DNA from: Zootoca vivipara
Taxonomy: Eukaryota
Direction: 5' to 3'
Length of the DNA: 64,000 bases
Assembly: GCF_963506605.1 (NCBI RefSeq)
Contig: NC_083292.1
Span: forward strand, 38,316,001-38,380,000
The notes below the pieces were generated by a model. That model was not told the origin of the DNA. It ran no database searches and saw nothing but the letters and a program-made list of their open reading frames with translations. Position numbers and translations under genes: made by a program. This document shows, one piece after another, positions 11,211 to 27,357 of this stretch. The stretch's first letter is position 1. Every line of letters begins with the position of its first letter.

Positions 11211-14200
11211 CTCTCCCTTCTCAACCCTTCCCCAATTTTTGTTCAGACTCTCCACTCCAGCCTTGAGCTGGCAGAGCCTCCTGTCGCCTCAAACCGCAAG
11301 CTGGTGATTCTGATGGTGGGCGCCGTCTCAGCCCTCAGCATCAGCATCGTGGGGGTCCTGCTGGCCACCTACCTCGGGCGGGCGGACTGCATCCAGGTAC
11401 GTTACGGAGGGACAGTGGTGACGGAGGCAGCACCTGCCTTCTGCCTTCATAGACGGAAGTCCTGGGGGTCTGAATCCAGCACATTCTGCCTTCCGCCACT
11501 GCAGAAGTCTTGGGTGGCCAGATCCAGCACCTTTGGCCAAGGCAGCCGCATTTCAATCTGTTTCCCCGTTTCCTTTCTCGGCAGAGAGACTCCTTCAGCT
11601 TCCTCCCTCCCCAAGTCAACGTCCAGAACGAAGCGTCTCTCTTGCTGGCGCTCAGCGAACTGGGTGAACAAGGCGTCGCTCCAGGAATCACCTGCGACTT
11701 AAGAAACGTGAGTCGCAGAATCGCCAATAGGGCCAGAATTAGTGTCACAAGAGGTTATGAGGACAGTGTTGCTGTTTTTATCTCCCAGTAGGGTGTCCTT
11801 AAGTTGTCCGGTAGTGCCTTAGCGGTGACTGAACCACACTAAGGTGGATTTAAGAACATAGGAAGCTGCTTTGAGTCAGACCGGTGGTGGATCTATCTAC
11901 AACGACTGACAGCAGCTGTCCAGGGCTTCAGGTTGTGAGGTTTTTCTGGAGATACTGGCAATTGGACCGGGAACCTTTTGCATGCCAAGCAGACATGGCA
12001 GCTCTTTCACTGAGCTACTGCCNNNNNNNNNNNNNNNNNNNNNNNNNNNNNNNNNNNNNNNNNNNNNNNNNNNNNNNNNNNNNNNNNNNNNNNNNNNNNN
12101 NNNNNNNNNNNNNNNNNNNNNNNNNNNNNNNNNNNNNNNNNNNNNNNNNNNNNNNNNNNNNNNNNNNNNNNNNNNNNNNNNNNNNNNNNNNNNNNNNNTT
12201 TCAAGCTCTCTCTAGAGCAGGCATGGCCAAACTTGGCCCTCCAGATGTTTTGGGACTACAACTCCCATCATCCCTAGCTAACAGGACCAGTGGTCAGGGA
12301 TGATGGGAATTGTAGTTCCAAAACATGCCTACTCTAGAGATATCCAAAGTGCATCAGAGTTAATTAAACCACACTGAGGTGCTCTTAGGAGCATGGGAGT
12401 GGCTCTTTTATTTATTTGAAATGTATAGCCTGCGTTAATGCAATAAAAAAAGACAGAGCTGAAAACAAAAATAACCTTTGCAAAATGGATGAGATGTAGC
12501 GGAAACAACAGCCAGGCTGAACGACCCGAAAATCATACCTGGGGACAGGAGGGAGAGTGGGATTCGGACGCTGCTGGGCCAAGGGGTTTGGGAGCCTCCT
12601 CTGCCTGGTCCACCTCTCCCCTCTCTCTCCCCCAACAGCACTTGATGGTGTACCATGGCCAGCCAGAAGGGTGTGTGGCCCGAAAGATGGAGGTGTCTGA
12701 ACCGCTCCCCTCCTGCCAGGAACTGGAGGCGTACTTCCAAGCTGTCTTGGTGAGGATCAGCAGGTGTCCTGGAGGCGGTGCTAGGCCATAGCTGCCAAGT
12801 TTTCCCTTTTCTCGCGAGGAAGCCTATTCAGCATAAGGGAAAATCCCTGTAAAAAAGGGATAACTTGGCAGCTATGTGCTAGGCACATGGGGAGTAGCTT
12901 GGACTTATGGCCCTTGCCCTGAAAGCAAAGCAAGATCCTAGTCCTCATTGTTTTGAGGACAGGGCTGATTTGAACAGGAGCAGAGGGAAGTGCCTTAGAG
13001 CAAAGGTCCATCTTGAGAAACTGAACCTTCTGTATTTGAGGCATCAGCTCTACCACTGAGCTACGGCCCTTTCCTTAAAAGTAATTCTAAGATTCCGGTC
13101 GTCATGGTTCTGAAAGAAACGCTGACATATAATTAAATGCAGCATCTCAAAACAAAGCAATCATGGCGCCGCCTTTGAACTGTTATTTTAAACATGATTA
13201 ATGCAGACATGATCAGTAGTGGTTTATTATTTTATACATAAAGGCATTTTTTTACTTTATACATTTTTATCTGTATGCAAACTCGTTTAATAATAGTTTG
13301 GTAATAGTTGATCTCTGGTTTTAAAAATACGGTTTTAACTGTACGGTTTTATGTGTGACTGCTGGAAACTGCTCTGATTTCTCCCCCCCCCCCCCTTGAA
13401 CAAATACCAGTATATAGCTGTTGTTATATACTGCAAACCAACAAATTATACCAGCCGACTGAAAATCATACGGTTAAAAGCGATTTAGCAGCACAAACCC
13501 CCTGCATGTTTGCTCTGAAGTAAGCCCCACTTGTTCAAAGGGTTTTACTCTCAGGTAAATAGGCCTAGCGGGGGTTGCAGACTTAGAGGTGTTTCATCTG
13601 ACAACAGACTGCAGTTTAACTAATATAGGTGCCAACTAAGGGAGCCAAAAAAGGGGGTAACTCATCCTTCAAGGTGTATTCGGGGGGGGGGGTCTGAAGA
13701 GTCTTGCTTCCAGCTTCAAGACTTGTGGACTGGGGTCCACCTCTTCAGATGCATGAAGTATCATCTTGAGTTGCAAATATAACACCCACAGGTGCTCAGA
13801 GGGGTGGTTGTGGTTCTGAATTCAGAAGGAAGTTTGCAGCAAGTTTAAGGACAAGTACCATATACTTGTCCTTAAACTTTAAGTTTGAGGACAAGTACCG
13901 TATAAGGGACGCGGGTGGCACTGTGGGTTAAACCACAGAGCCTAGGGCTTGCCAATCAGGTCGGCGGTTCGAATCCCCATGAGGGGGTGAGCTCCCGTTG
14001 CTCGGTCCCTGCTCCTGCCAACCTAGCAGTTCGAAAGCGCGTCAAAGTGCAAGTAGATAAATAGGGGGAAGGCAAACAGCGTTTCCGTGCGCTGCTCTGG
14101 TTCGCCAGAAGCGGCTTGGTCATGCTGGCCACATGACCTGGAAGCCAATAACACGAGATGAGCGCCGCAACCCCAGAGTCGGTCACGACTGGACCTAATG

Positions 14201-15547
14201 GTCAGGGGTCCCTTTACCTTTACCATATACCTAACAGAGTTATGTAGCTAGGTTGGAGTGTCTAAACCAAAACAGTCCAAAAACACTAAAGTGAAGACCC
14301 AGTGTCAATAAGCAGGGAGTTCCAGAGATCGGTGATGTCTCATTAAAGGGCTGAGAATGTGTGTGAGTACAGCAGCAAGGATTCTCTGTGCACAGAAATG
14401 GAAGGAGAGAAAACACACCCAGAGGAAGAATGGTTGATGAAAACCTTGGAATATGCAGAGATGGCAAAATTGACGGCACTGATAAAAGATACAAATTTAG
14501 AATGTTTTAAAGAAGACTGGAAACCATTTCAAGTTTTTATAAAAAGTTACTTCCCGTATGTGAAGACCACAGCGGGGATTGAAATGTAAGAAAACAGCAG
14601 AATATATTAAGAAACATTTTAGAAATTTGGTAAGACGGAACCTTCAAATGCAATTGTGTGTAACTTGCGTCATATTGAGAGCATGAAGCGAAAACATTGT
14701 ATATAGCAGTTGTCAAACCTGCTTTTGCTGGCTCGGTTTCTTGTTGCAGAAAAACGCCACGCTGGGTATCACCTCGGAGGTGCAGATCGTGGGGACAGCA
14801 TCCCTGGGCAGCCTCACCACACTGCTGTGTAGCAACAAGCCCACCTACCTGGTCAACAGTTTTGCACGTAAGTAGGGTGGAAAGGTGCCGCTGGAGTGGA
14901 CTGTACAGATTGTACCTCTGTCGGAGGGTGGGGGGGAAGACAGAGAGATAAAGGTCTGGATATCTGATTTAGGAGCTGGGAGGAAGCTTTGAACTATACG
15001 TCCCAGCAACAGCAGCAACCCTGGCCATTTGGCCAATGCTTGCTAGGGCTGATGGGAGTTGTAATTCAGCAACAGCTGGAGGGCCGAAGGTTCCCCCACA
15101 CTTTGTTTAGAGATACCCAGATCTCTCTCGCTCGGTAAAAATCCAGCCGATGTAGTTTGTAAAATGCCCAATTTTGGAATGTGCCAAAAGTTCCTCTAGT
15201 CCAAGGAGGGCTAATCCCTGGTTTGGGGAGCCGGTTTGCACATACACACCCAAAAGAATTTGGATCAAGTTTTTTTTTTAATGATTAAAGTAGACACAGG
15301 ATTGCACACAGAAGCTTTTTGGAAAAAGGTGAGAGAATGGCATCAAAGGCGCCCTTTGGTTGGAAAAGGGAGAGCTTACATCACAAGAGCCTTTTGGCAG
15401 AACGGGGAATAGAATAGCATCGCACACAAACACAACAGGGGATGCCTTTCCTGTTAGACAGAACTTGTTTAGCCCACCTCTTCTTAAAATATACTTTCCC
15501 ATTTCTTTGCAGCTTCTCCAAGGCACACCATGAGCAGACTTGCTTAA
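10692..15547 (+). CDS. Pro-surfactant-protein-C-like type II membrane BRICHOS-domain protein (probable SFTPC paralog), 191-200 aa
   Basis: GT-AG exons: 10692-10757 (MVSEDKNPESWPAGLHLKSPPY), 11247-11396 (TLHSSLELAEPPVASNRKLVILMVGAVSALSISIVGVLLATYLGRADCIQ, single TM), 11585-11707 (123 nt, ...LALSE...GITCDLRN), 12639-12749 (111 nt, HLMVYHGQPEGCVARKMEVSEPLPSCQELEAYFQAVL), 14750-14867 (KNAT...SLGSLTTLLCSNKPTYLVNSFA). It then either reads through RK-stop (14875) or splices to 15513-15547 (PSPRHTMSRLA-stop). Introns 1-4 are phase 0 and the frame is open. BRICHOS Asp and both Cys are present. Confidence 0.85.
11151..11212. repeat. (CTTT)n microsatellite just upstream of the SFTPC-like exon 2 acceptor
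   Basis: Seen directly. Confidence 0.95.
12023..12198. other. Assembly gap (N run)
   Basis: 176 N. Confidence 1.
12218..12331. mobile_element. hAT-type MITE with 8-bp TSD
   Basis: CAGGCATG...CATGCCTA termini flanked by CTCTAGAG on both sides; internal GGACTACAACTCCCATCA/TGATGGGAATTGTAGT palindrome. Many degenerate copies of this family occur through the window. Confidence 0.8.
13906..14224 (+). mobile_element. Sauria SINE (lacertid POM/Squam1 type), near full length
   Basis: tRNA-like head GGGACGCGGGTGGCACTGTGG...GGTTCGAATCCCC, Bov-B-like 3' part GAGTCGGTCACGACTGGACC, (CCTTTA)n tail, imperfect TSD TACC(G/A)TATA. Confidence 0.9.
14415..14700 (+). mobile_element. L1-like LINE 3' fragment in intron 4 of the SFTPC-like gene
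   Basis: EEWLMKTLEYAEMAKLTALIKD...EDWKPF resembles the squamate L1 ORF2 C-terminus; related sequence at about 46250-46430. Confidence 0.6.
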
Positions 15548-15791
15548 GACAAGCCGGGAAGTTGTGCAGATCACCAATTAACATCTCCTCTTCCCTCCTC
15601 CCTGCAAAAACCCCCAAGACGTGACAAAGGACCTCAGAATGGCGCGTGATCCTGTCACTATTGATTCCCCCCATATAGTATGTGGGGAGGGGGCTGAGAC
15701 CCTGTTTCACTGCAGCTCAAATTTGTATGTGATTTCCCCCCCCTCCCTGCAACTCCTTGTCATAACCAAATCATTAGCAATAACAAGAATT

Positions 15792-15797
15792 ATTAAA
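15792..15797 (+). terminator. Probable polyadenylation signal of the SFTPC-like gene
   Basis: ATTAAA followed by a GT-rich element (gtgtttgtgtgt, about 15811-15822). Confidence 0.45.
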
Positions 15798-18253
15798 AAA
15801 AACTGAAAGGGTGTTTGTGTGTCCATTTCAGGGTAGAGTGTTTTGAAAAGGCAAACTCGAGTAGCGTTGGGGCAACACAGCCACAATTCTGCATTGGCAC
15901 AGATTGCGATATTAAATTTCCTGAGAATCTGAGCAAAATACAACACAAGAAAGCTCAGCCTCCCTTATTCAATGTGACATGTGCCCTCTGGCGGGAGAAA
16001 GGATCACTGCATCACACACAAATCTTTGTTTCCATCGCCCAATCTCAAATATTAAACATCTTCCTGCACTTGCCAATTTGTGGCCCTCTGCCTGGTCATT
16101 TGCATAACTTTATAGTGCTCTGCATCACTGCTCATTTGCTGCTTGATAGGCGAGGGTCCCCAAGTTGGCTGCTTTCGGTCCTTCCTGCAGAAGCGCAGCT
16201 GCCTCACCAAAACATCTGTGCTCATCAGCTAAGGAGGGTTTGCAGGAAGAGCAGTACCCATTGGCTATGAAAATGCTGAAGTTTTCTGCACTTGCTCAGC
16301 TGCAGAAAACTTGCCTGCCTCTAGTAAAATTAAAACAAGCTTAATTTTTTAATCCATTTAGGCTATATATACTGCTTCATCACAATAGTCTCAAAAGCTC
16401 TGATTTTAGAGAAACATAGAACTGAAGAGTTGGGGTCATTTGGTCCACCCCCCAATGATGAAGGGAGGAGCATCCATCAGCTTCTGAGTCGGTTTCACTG
16501 TTGCCAACAGCTCTTGCTGTTAGAAAGTTCTCCCTGATGTTTAGCCGGAATCTCCTTTCTTGTCATTTGAATCCATTGCCTTAACTCCTTCCCTCTGGAT
16601 CCGAGCATTAAATGTACATTCCCCTCTCTCACAAACCAGGGTTCCTGGCTTATACTAAAAATTCCAGGACATGTATATATATTTTTAAAAAGTTTATGCA
16701 AATGTCTTCTGAGGCTACATTTCTGGGGTACTTAAGTTCCCTGGTCAGCTTCGGAAGTACTCTAGGAAGTTCCGACCAAATTTTTTGCACTCTACTAAAA
16801 GTTTCCCTCACTGCACAAACTGCACTGTTTCAAAACAAGGCAACTTCAGACATGGGTTATGAGGCTGGCTTGTTTAACTAACCACTCAGCTGTGAACCAT
16901 GATTCCTGCTAGAGCCCTGTGCAACAGAATAAGCCGGCTTTCTATGAAAGGGAAACTGATATTAGGTTCTGCTTGGCTTCTGGCTTCGCAGGAGCTTGAA
17001 CCCTTGGCTTTGCCCCTGCTCAGCTAGAATGTAGCATCCTTGCATTGGTACCTGTGGGGTCGAAGGAAGCTGCCCAACTCCTTAACATAAGATTCCAGTT
17101 AAATGGGAATGAAAGCAGCTAACATTTGGGGCTGAACACCTTTTTAAAAAAGAAGAAGAGGGGTTTCCTTGGAGAGCAACTCAGTCATTTAAAAGCACCA
17201 GATGGCAAAATTCAATTTTCAGACCGCATGATATACTTTTGATACTGGCTGCTGGGAAGTATTTGTTGGGAAGGAGTTTATGAATCCATTCATGGCTATG
17301 GTAGACATTCAGCCATAAGGACTAATAGGCCTCAGCTCCCATCAATTCATGTAATCCAAATCCATCCAAACTGATGGCCAATCTCTGCTTTTTGTAACAA
17401 GGGTCGTAGTTGGATGGTTTAGAATTGTAAGCCTTCAGGTAGGGACTGACTTAATTCTCCATGTACGTAAGACAGTCTGGAAGCCTCTTTGGCTGAAGAG
17501 AGTGGTGCAAATAAATACATACAAAAACTAGAAAGCCCTGTGAAAAACTGCAACTCAATCACATCTTTATATAAATCTATCACACAGAATACACTTGGGA
17601 TACTGCGTGTGGCTCTAATCACCTTGCCTCAAAAACGATACTGTAGAGCCGTTAAAGGTCCAGAAAAGGGCCACCGAAATGATCCAGGGGGGTGGAGTGA
17701 CCCCCGCATGAGGAATGTTTGCGGCCTTTGCAGCCTTTTAAAGAAAGGGCAGGACAGAGGAGACACAACAGAGGTTCAAAGTGGCAAAAGTGGAGAGAAG
17801 CTTTTCTCTCTCAGTGCTGTCAAACTGTGTCAAAAGGCACAGTGATTCAGGATGCGCAAAAGGGTTAGGGTTAGGGGTGTCCTTTGAACACCTGGAGGGC
17901 TGCAGCTTTGGGGAAAGGGTGTTCCAACCCATAATAAGCCCACCTGCTTCCTAGTTTCCCCTTTTTGTCATGGGCGCTAAAGCCTTGCGTCTGTTGAAAC
18001 CAGAACCTTGAGTTCTCTGTCCTGCCGGCAGCTGGAAGCTTTCCGGTGGCCGCAGTGCGTGCGCCTCTCAACCTCTTCACGCCAATTTCGTGGCAGGGAA
18101 ACGAAGGTGCCTGCGCGCAGGGAGGGGGGCGGTGCCGTTTTGTCAGAAAGGAAAGGGAAGCTAGGAGATGGGCCGCTCACGTTCTGACATAAACCACAGC
18201 TTAATGGAAGCAGGCGGTGGAAAAACGCAACACCGCAAAGAAAATTTAAGGTT

Positions 18254-18259
18254 TTTATT
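18254..18259 (-). terminator. PSMD4: PSMD4 polyadenylation signal
   Basis: AATAAA on the minus strand about 250 nt after the stop codon. Confidence 0.75.
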
Positions 18260-18511
18260 ACCCCTTAAACCACAACCCAAAAAAGAAGAGAAGTTCTACC
18301 CACCCACCGCCACCCACCCTGACCCACAATAACCTGGTGACTCTCCCCGCCTCTCCCCAACTAGCCTGGAGAGGGAAGATTACGGACACTGACGGCTAGA
18401 AGGCTAAGTGAACTGGGGCATGCAGAGCCGACGATGCTCTTGGCTGCGTAATGGGGCAAAGGCGAGTTGGGGGCGCCAGTGAGGGCCCGCGGCCTGCCCC
18501 TTCTCCCCACA

Positions 18512-25039
<6,528 letters not shown>

Positions 25040-25340
25040 CGCGGCCCCTTCCCAGTCCGGGCCCAGGAGGTGAAGGAGAAGGAGAAAGACAAGCGGCAGC
25101 CTTGGAGGCCTCTTCCTTCCCCTCTTCCTCTGCCTCACTCTGTCGGCCTCTCTCACCTCGCTTCCTATTGGCGGCCCATGGGGAGGCCCAATCAGCGGCG
25201 CCCTCCTTGGCAGGTCCCCACGCGGAACCCGACGGGAAATGTAGTCCTCCTGGCTCCGCCCCCGCTCCCTCGCCCGCCCTTCTGGTCCTCGGGAGGAGGA
25301 AGAGGCGCAGGCGCAGTTGCCACCGCCAGCTGCACCTCTT
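25040..25340 (-). promoter_or_regulatory. PSMD4: PSMD4 CpG-island promoter and 5'UTR
   Basis: CCAAT boxes at about 25167 and 25188, GGGAAATGTAGT ZNF143-type motif at about 25234, GC boxes. Confidence 0.7.
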
Positions 25341-26020
25341 CCTGCCTGTTTAAATAAATGAAAATAAAAATAAAACGGCGGCCTAGTGATTAGAGCAGTG
25401 GGGGACCTATATTTCTTTTTTTGGGGGGGGGGGGCTGAAGCTTGATCTGTCTTTGCAACCAGCAACGAGGTCTGAGTAACCAATGTTACCTTCATCAATG
25501 GGGTTGCTCATGAGTTTACATTTTTGGTATCCAAATTGTTGTTGTTGTTAATAATAATAATAATAATAATACCCCTCCCACCTGGCTGGATTGCCCCAGT
25601 CACTCTGGGCGACCAACATCATATCTAAAAACATAATAAAAACATCAAGCATTAAAAACTTCCCTATACAGGGCTGCCTTCTAAATGTGTGAAGTTCTTT
25701 ATTTCCTTGACATTTAAAGGGTGTTCCACAGGTGTTCCACAACCAAGGCGGCCCTGTTCTGCGTGGTTCCCTGTAATTTCACTTCCCACAGGCTGAACAC
25801 TTAAGTACTTATTGTTAATTCCTCTAGTGGCTGGGGAAACCCAGCCAGATAGGAGGGGTATAAGTAAGTAAATTATTATTATATTAGTTAGGGTCTTGAC
25901 CTCTCTTTACAAAAAGGGGTGGGGGTAATTCCATTACCCACAGCAGAACAGCCAATTTACCACAACACTACACCATTGCAACATCTGTGCTTCTGATTCT
26001 TTGGGATTGAAACATACATA

Positions 26021-26238
26021 CAGTGGTACCTCGGGTTACAGACGCTTCAGGTTACAGACTCCGCTAACCCAGAAATAGTACCTCGGGTTAAGTACTTTGC
26101 TTCAGGATGAGAACAGAAATTGCACCGTGGCGGCAGTGGGAGGCCCCATTAGCTAAAGTGGTACCTCAGGTTAAGAACAGTTTCAGGTTAAGAACGGACC
26201 TCCAGAACAAATGAAGTTCTTAACCAGAGGTACCACTG
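26021..26238. mobile_element. Tigger/pogo-like MITE
   Basis: TA|CAGTGGTACCTC...GAGGTACCACTG|TA. Confidence 0.85.
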
Positions 26239-27351
26239 TACCACAAAAAATAATTAGTTTTGTGTCATGAGACTGAAACTGGGTCTACTAGCCTCAAAAA
26301 CTAAGCAACGTGGACTACACATTCGTTTCATAACAGATCCATACCTAGGTTAGAGCATCAGGCTAGGACCCGGCGGAGACCCAGGTTCAAATCCTCCCAC
26401 TTGCCCATTAGAAAAAATGTCTCTGCTACCCTTACAGGCCAAGGCTGCGAAATGTTTTTGGCTCTATGGTCCAGAAGATCCTTCTTCCTTGTGGGCCAAA
26501 TCTGGTGGCTGGGTCAGCAGGGCCACCGACCTGTCAATCACCTGACATCACAAAGTGGAGGTATGGGTACATCCCAGAGTCAAGGCGGGATTTAATGGCG
26601 CCCTCCTGCCCATCAAATGACATCATGAGAGACATCAGCTGATGGACATGGGTTGGGACCCAGCAACCCTCTGATGTAGGCTTAGAGCAAGTGTTGGGGA
26701 ATGCCTTCAGCATGAGGGCCACATTGCCTTCTAAATAACCTTGAGGGCCAGAGGCAAAATGGGCGGAGCAACTAATGCAAATTTGATATTTGTCCAGGCT
26801 AGTTTTGAACCACGCCCCAATCTATCCTCAAGCTACAAGCAAGAGACATAAACAGAGTTCACGAAGCATGCAGGCTACTTAGGGGTTCAAAGCAGGAACC
26901 AAGAACTGTGTGGCTTGGGGAAAATTTGGATAGTGACATGGAGGGAATGTAAATGACTAAATTCCAATTCCACTCTTCCTTCTCCTCCATGGAGTTCAGA
27001 GCGGCAGGCACACATCTTCAATCCTCGCCTCCTTTCACACTTTACAACCTTGCATGGTAGGTTGGGTTTCAGGCTGCAAGGCCACCTCCGTTTCTGCTTT
27101 GCGACCAAGTTTATCATGCAAGAAAATCTCCTGGATCTCTGCCCCCCAGAGCAAGGGAAGAGATCCAATCCTGGGTGGGGTAAGAGCCCCATCGGCGCCT
27201 TTCAGCGGCGGGACACCCTACTTGCAAGTAAGGAGACCTCAGGGAGCAGGCAAGCATAATGTGGGCATAAAAGAGACGCACATGATCCAAATGACAACAA
27301 TGTACAAATGCAGTAGCAGAGGCGGACACTCTTAAAAGAAATAAAGACGGC

Positions 27352-27357
27352 TTTATT
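27352..27357 (-). terminator. PIP5K1A: Probable PIP5K1A polyadenylation signal (3'UTR about 2.8 kb, 30110 to about 27335)
   Basis: AATAAA on the minus strand at the end of an AT-rich, repeat-poor UTR-like stretch. Confidence 0.6.

Noticed and set aside
12023-12198. A missing exon of the SFTPC-like gene hidden in the gap
   Set aside because: Exons 3 and 4 join in frame and match the SFTPC junction, so no exon is needed.
13906-13980. Possible tRNA gene
   Set aside because: The A/B boxes belong to a Sauria SINE head; the other tRNA-like hits are also SINE heads.
15621-15806. Longer alternative last coding exon for the SFTPC-like gene
   Set aside because: Weak acceptor (preceded by an A run) compared with 15512; more likely 3'UTR.
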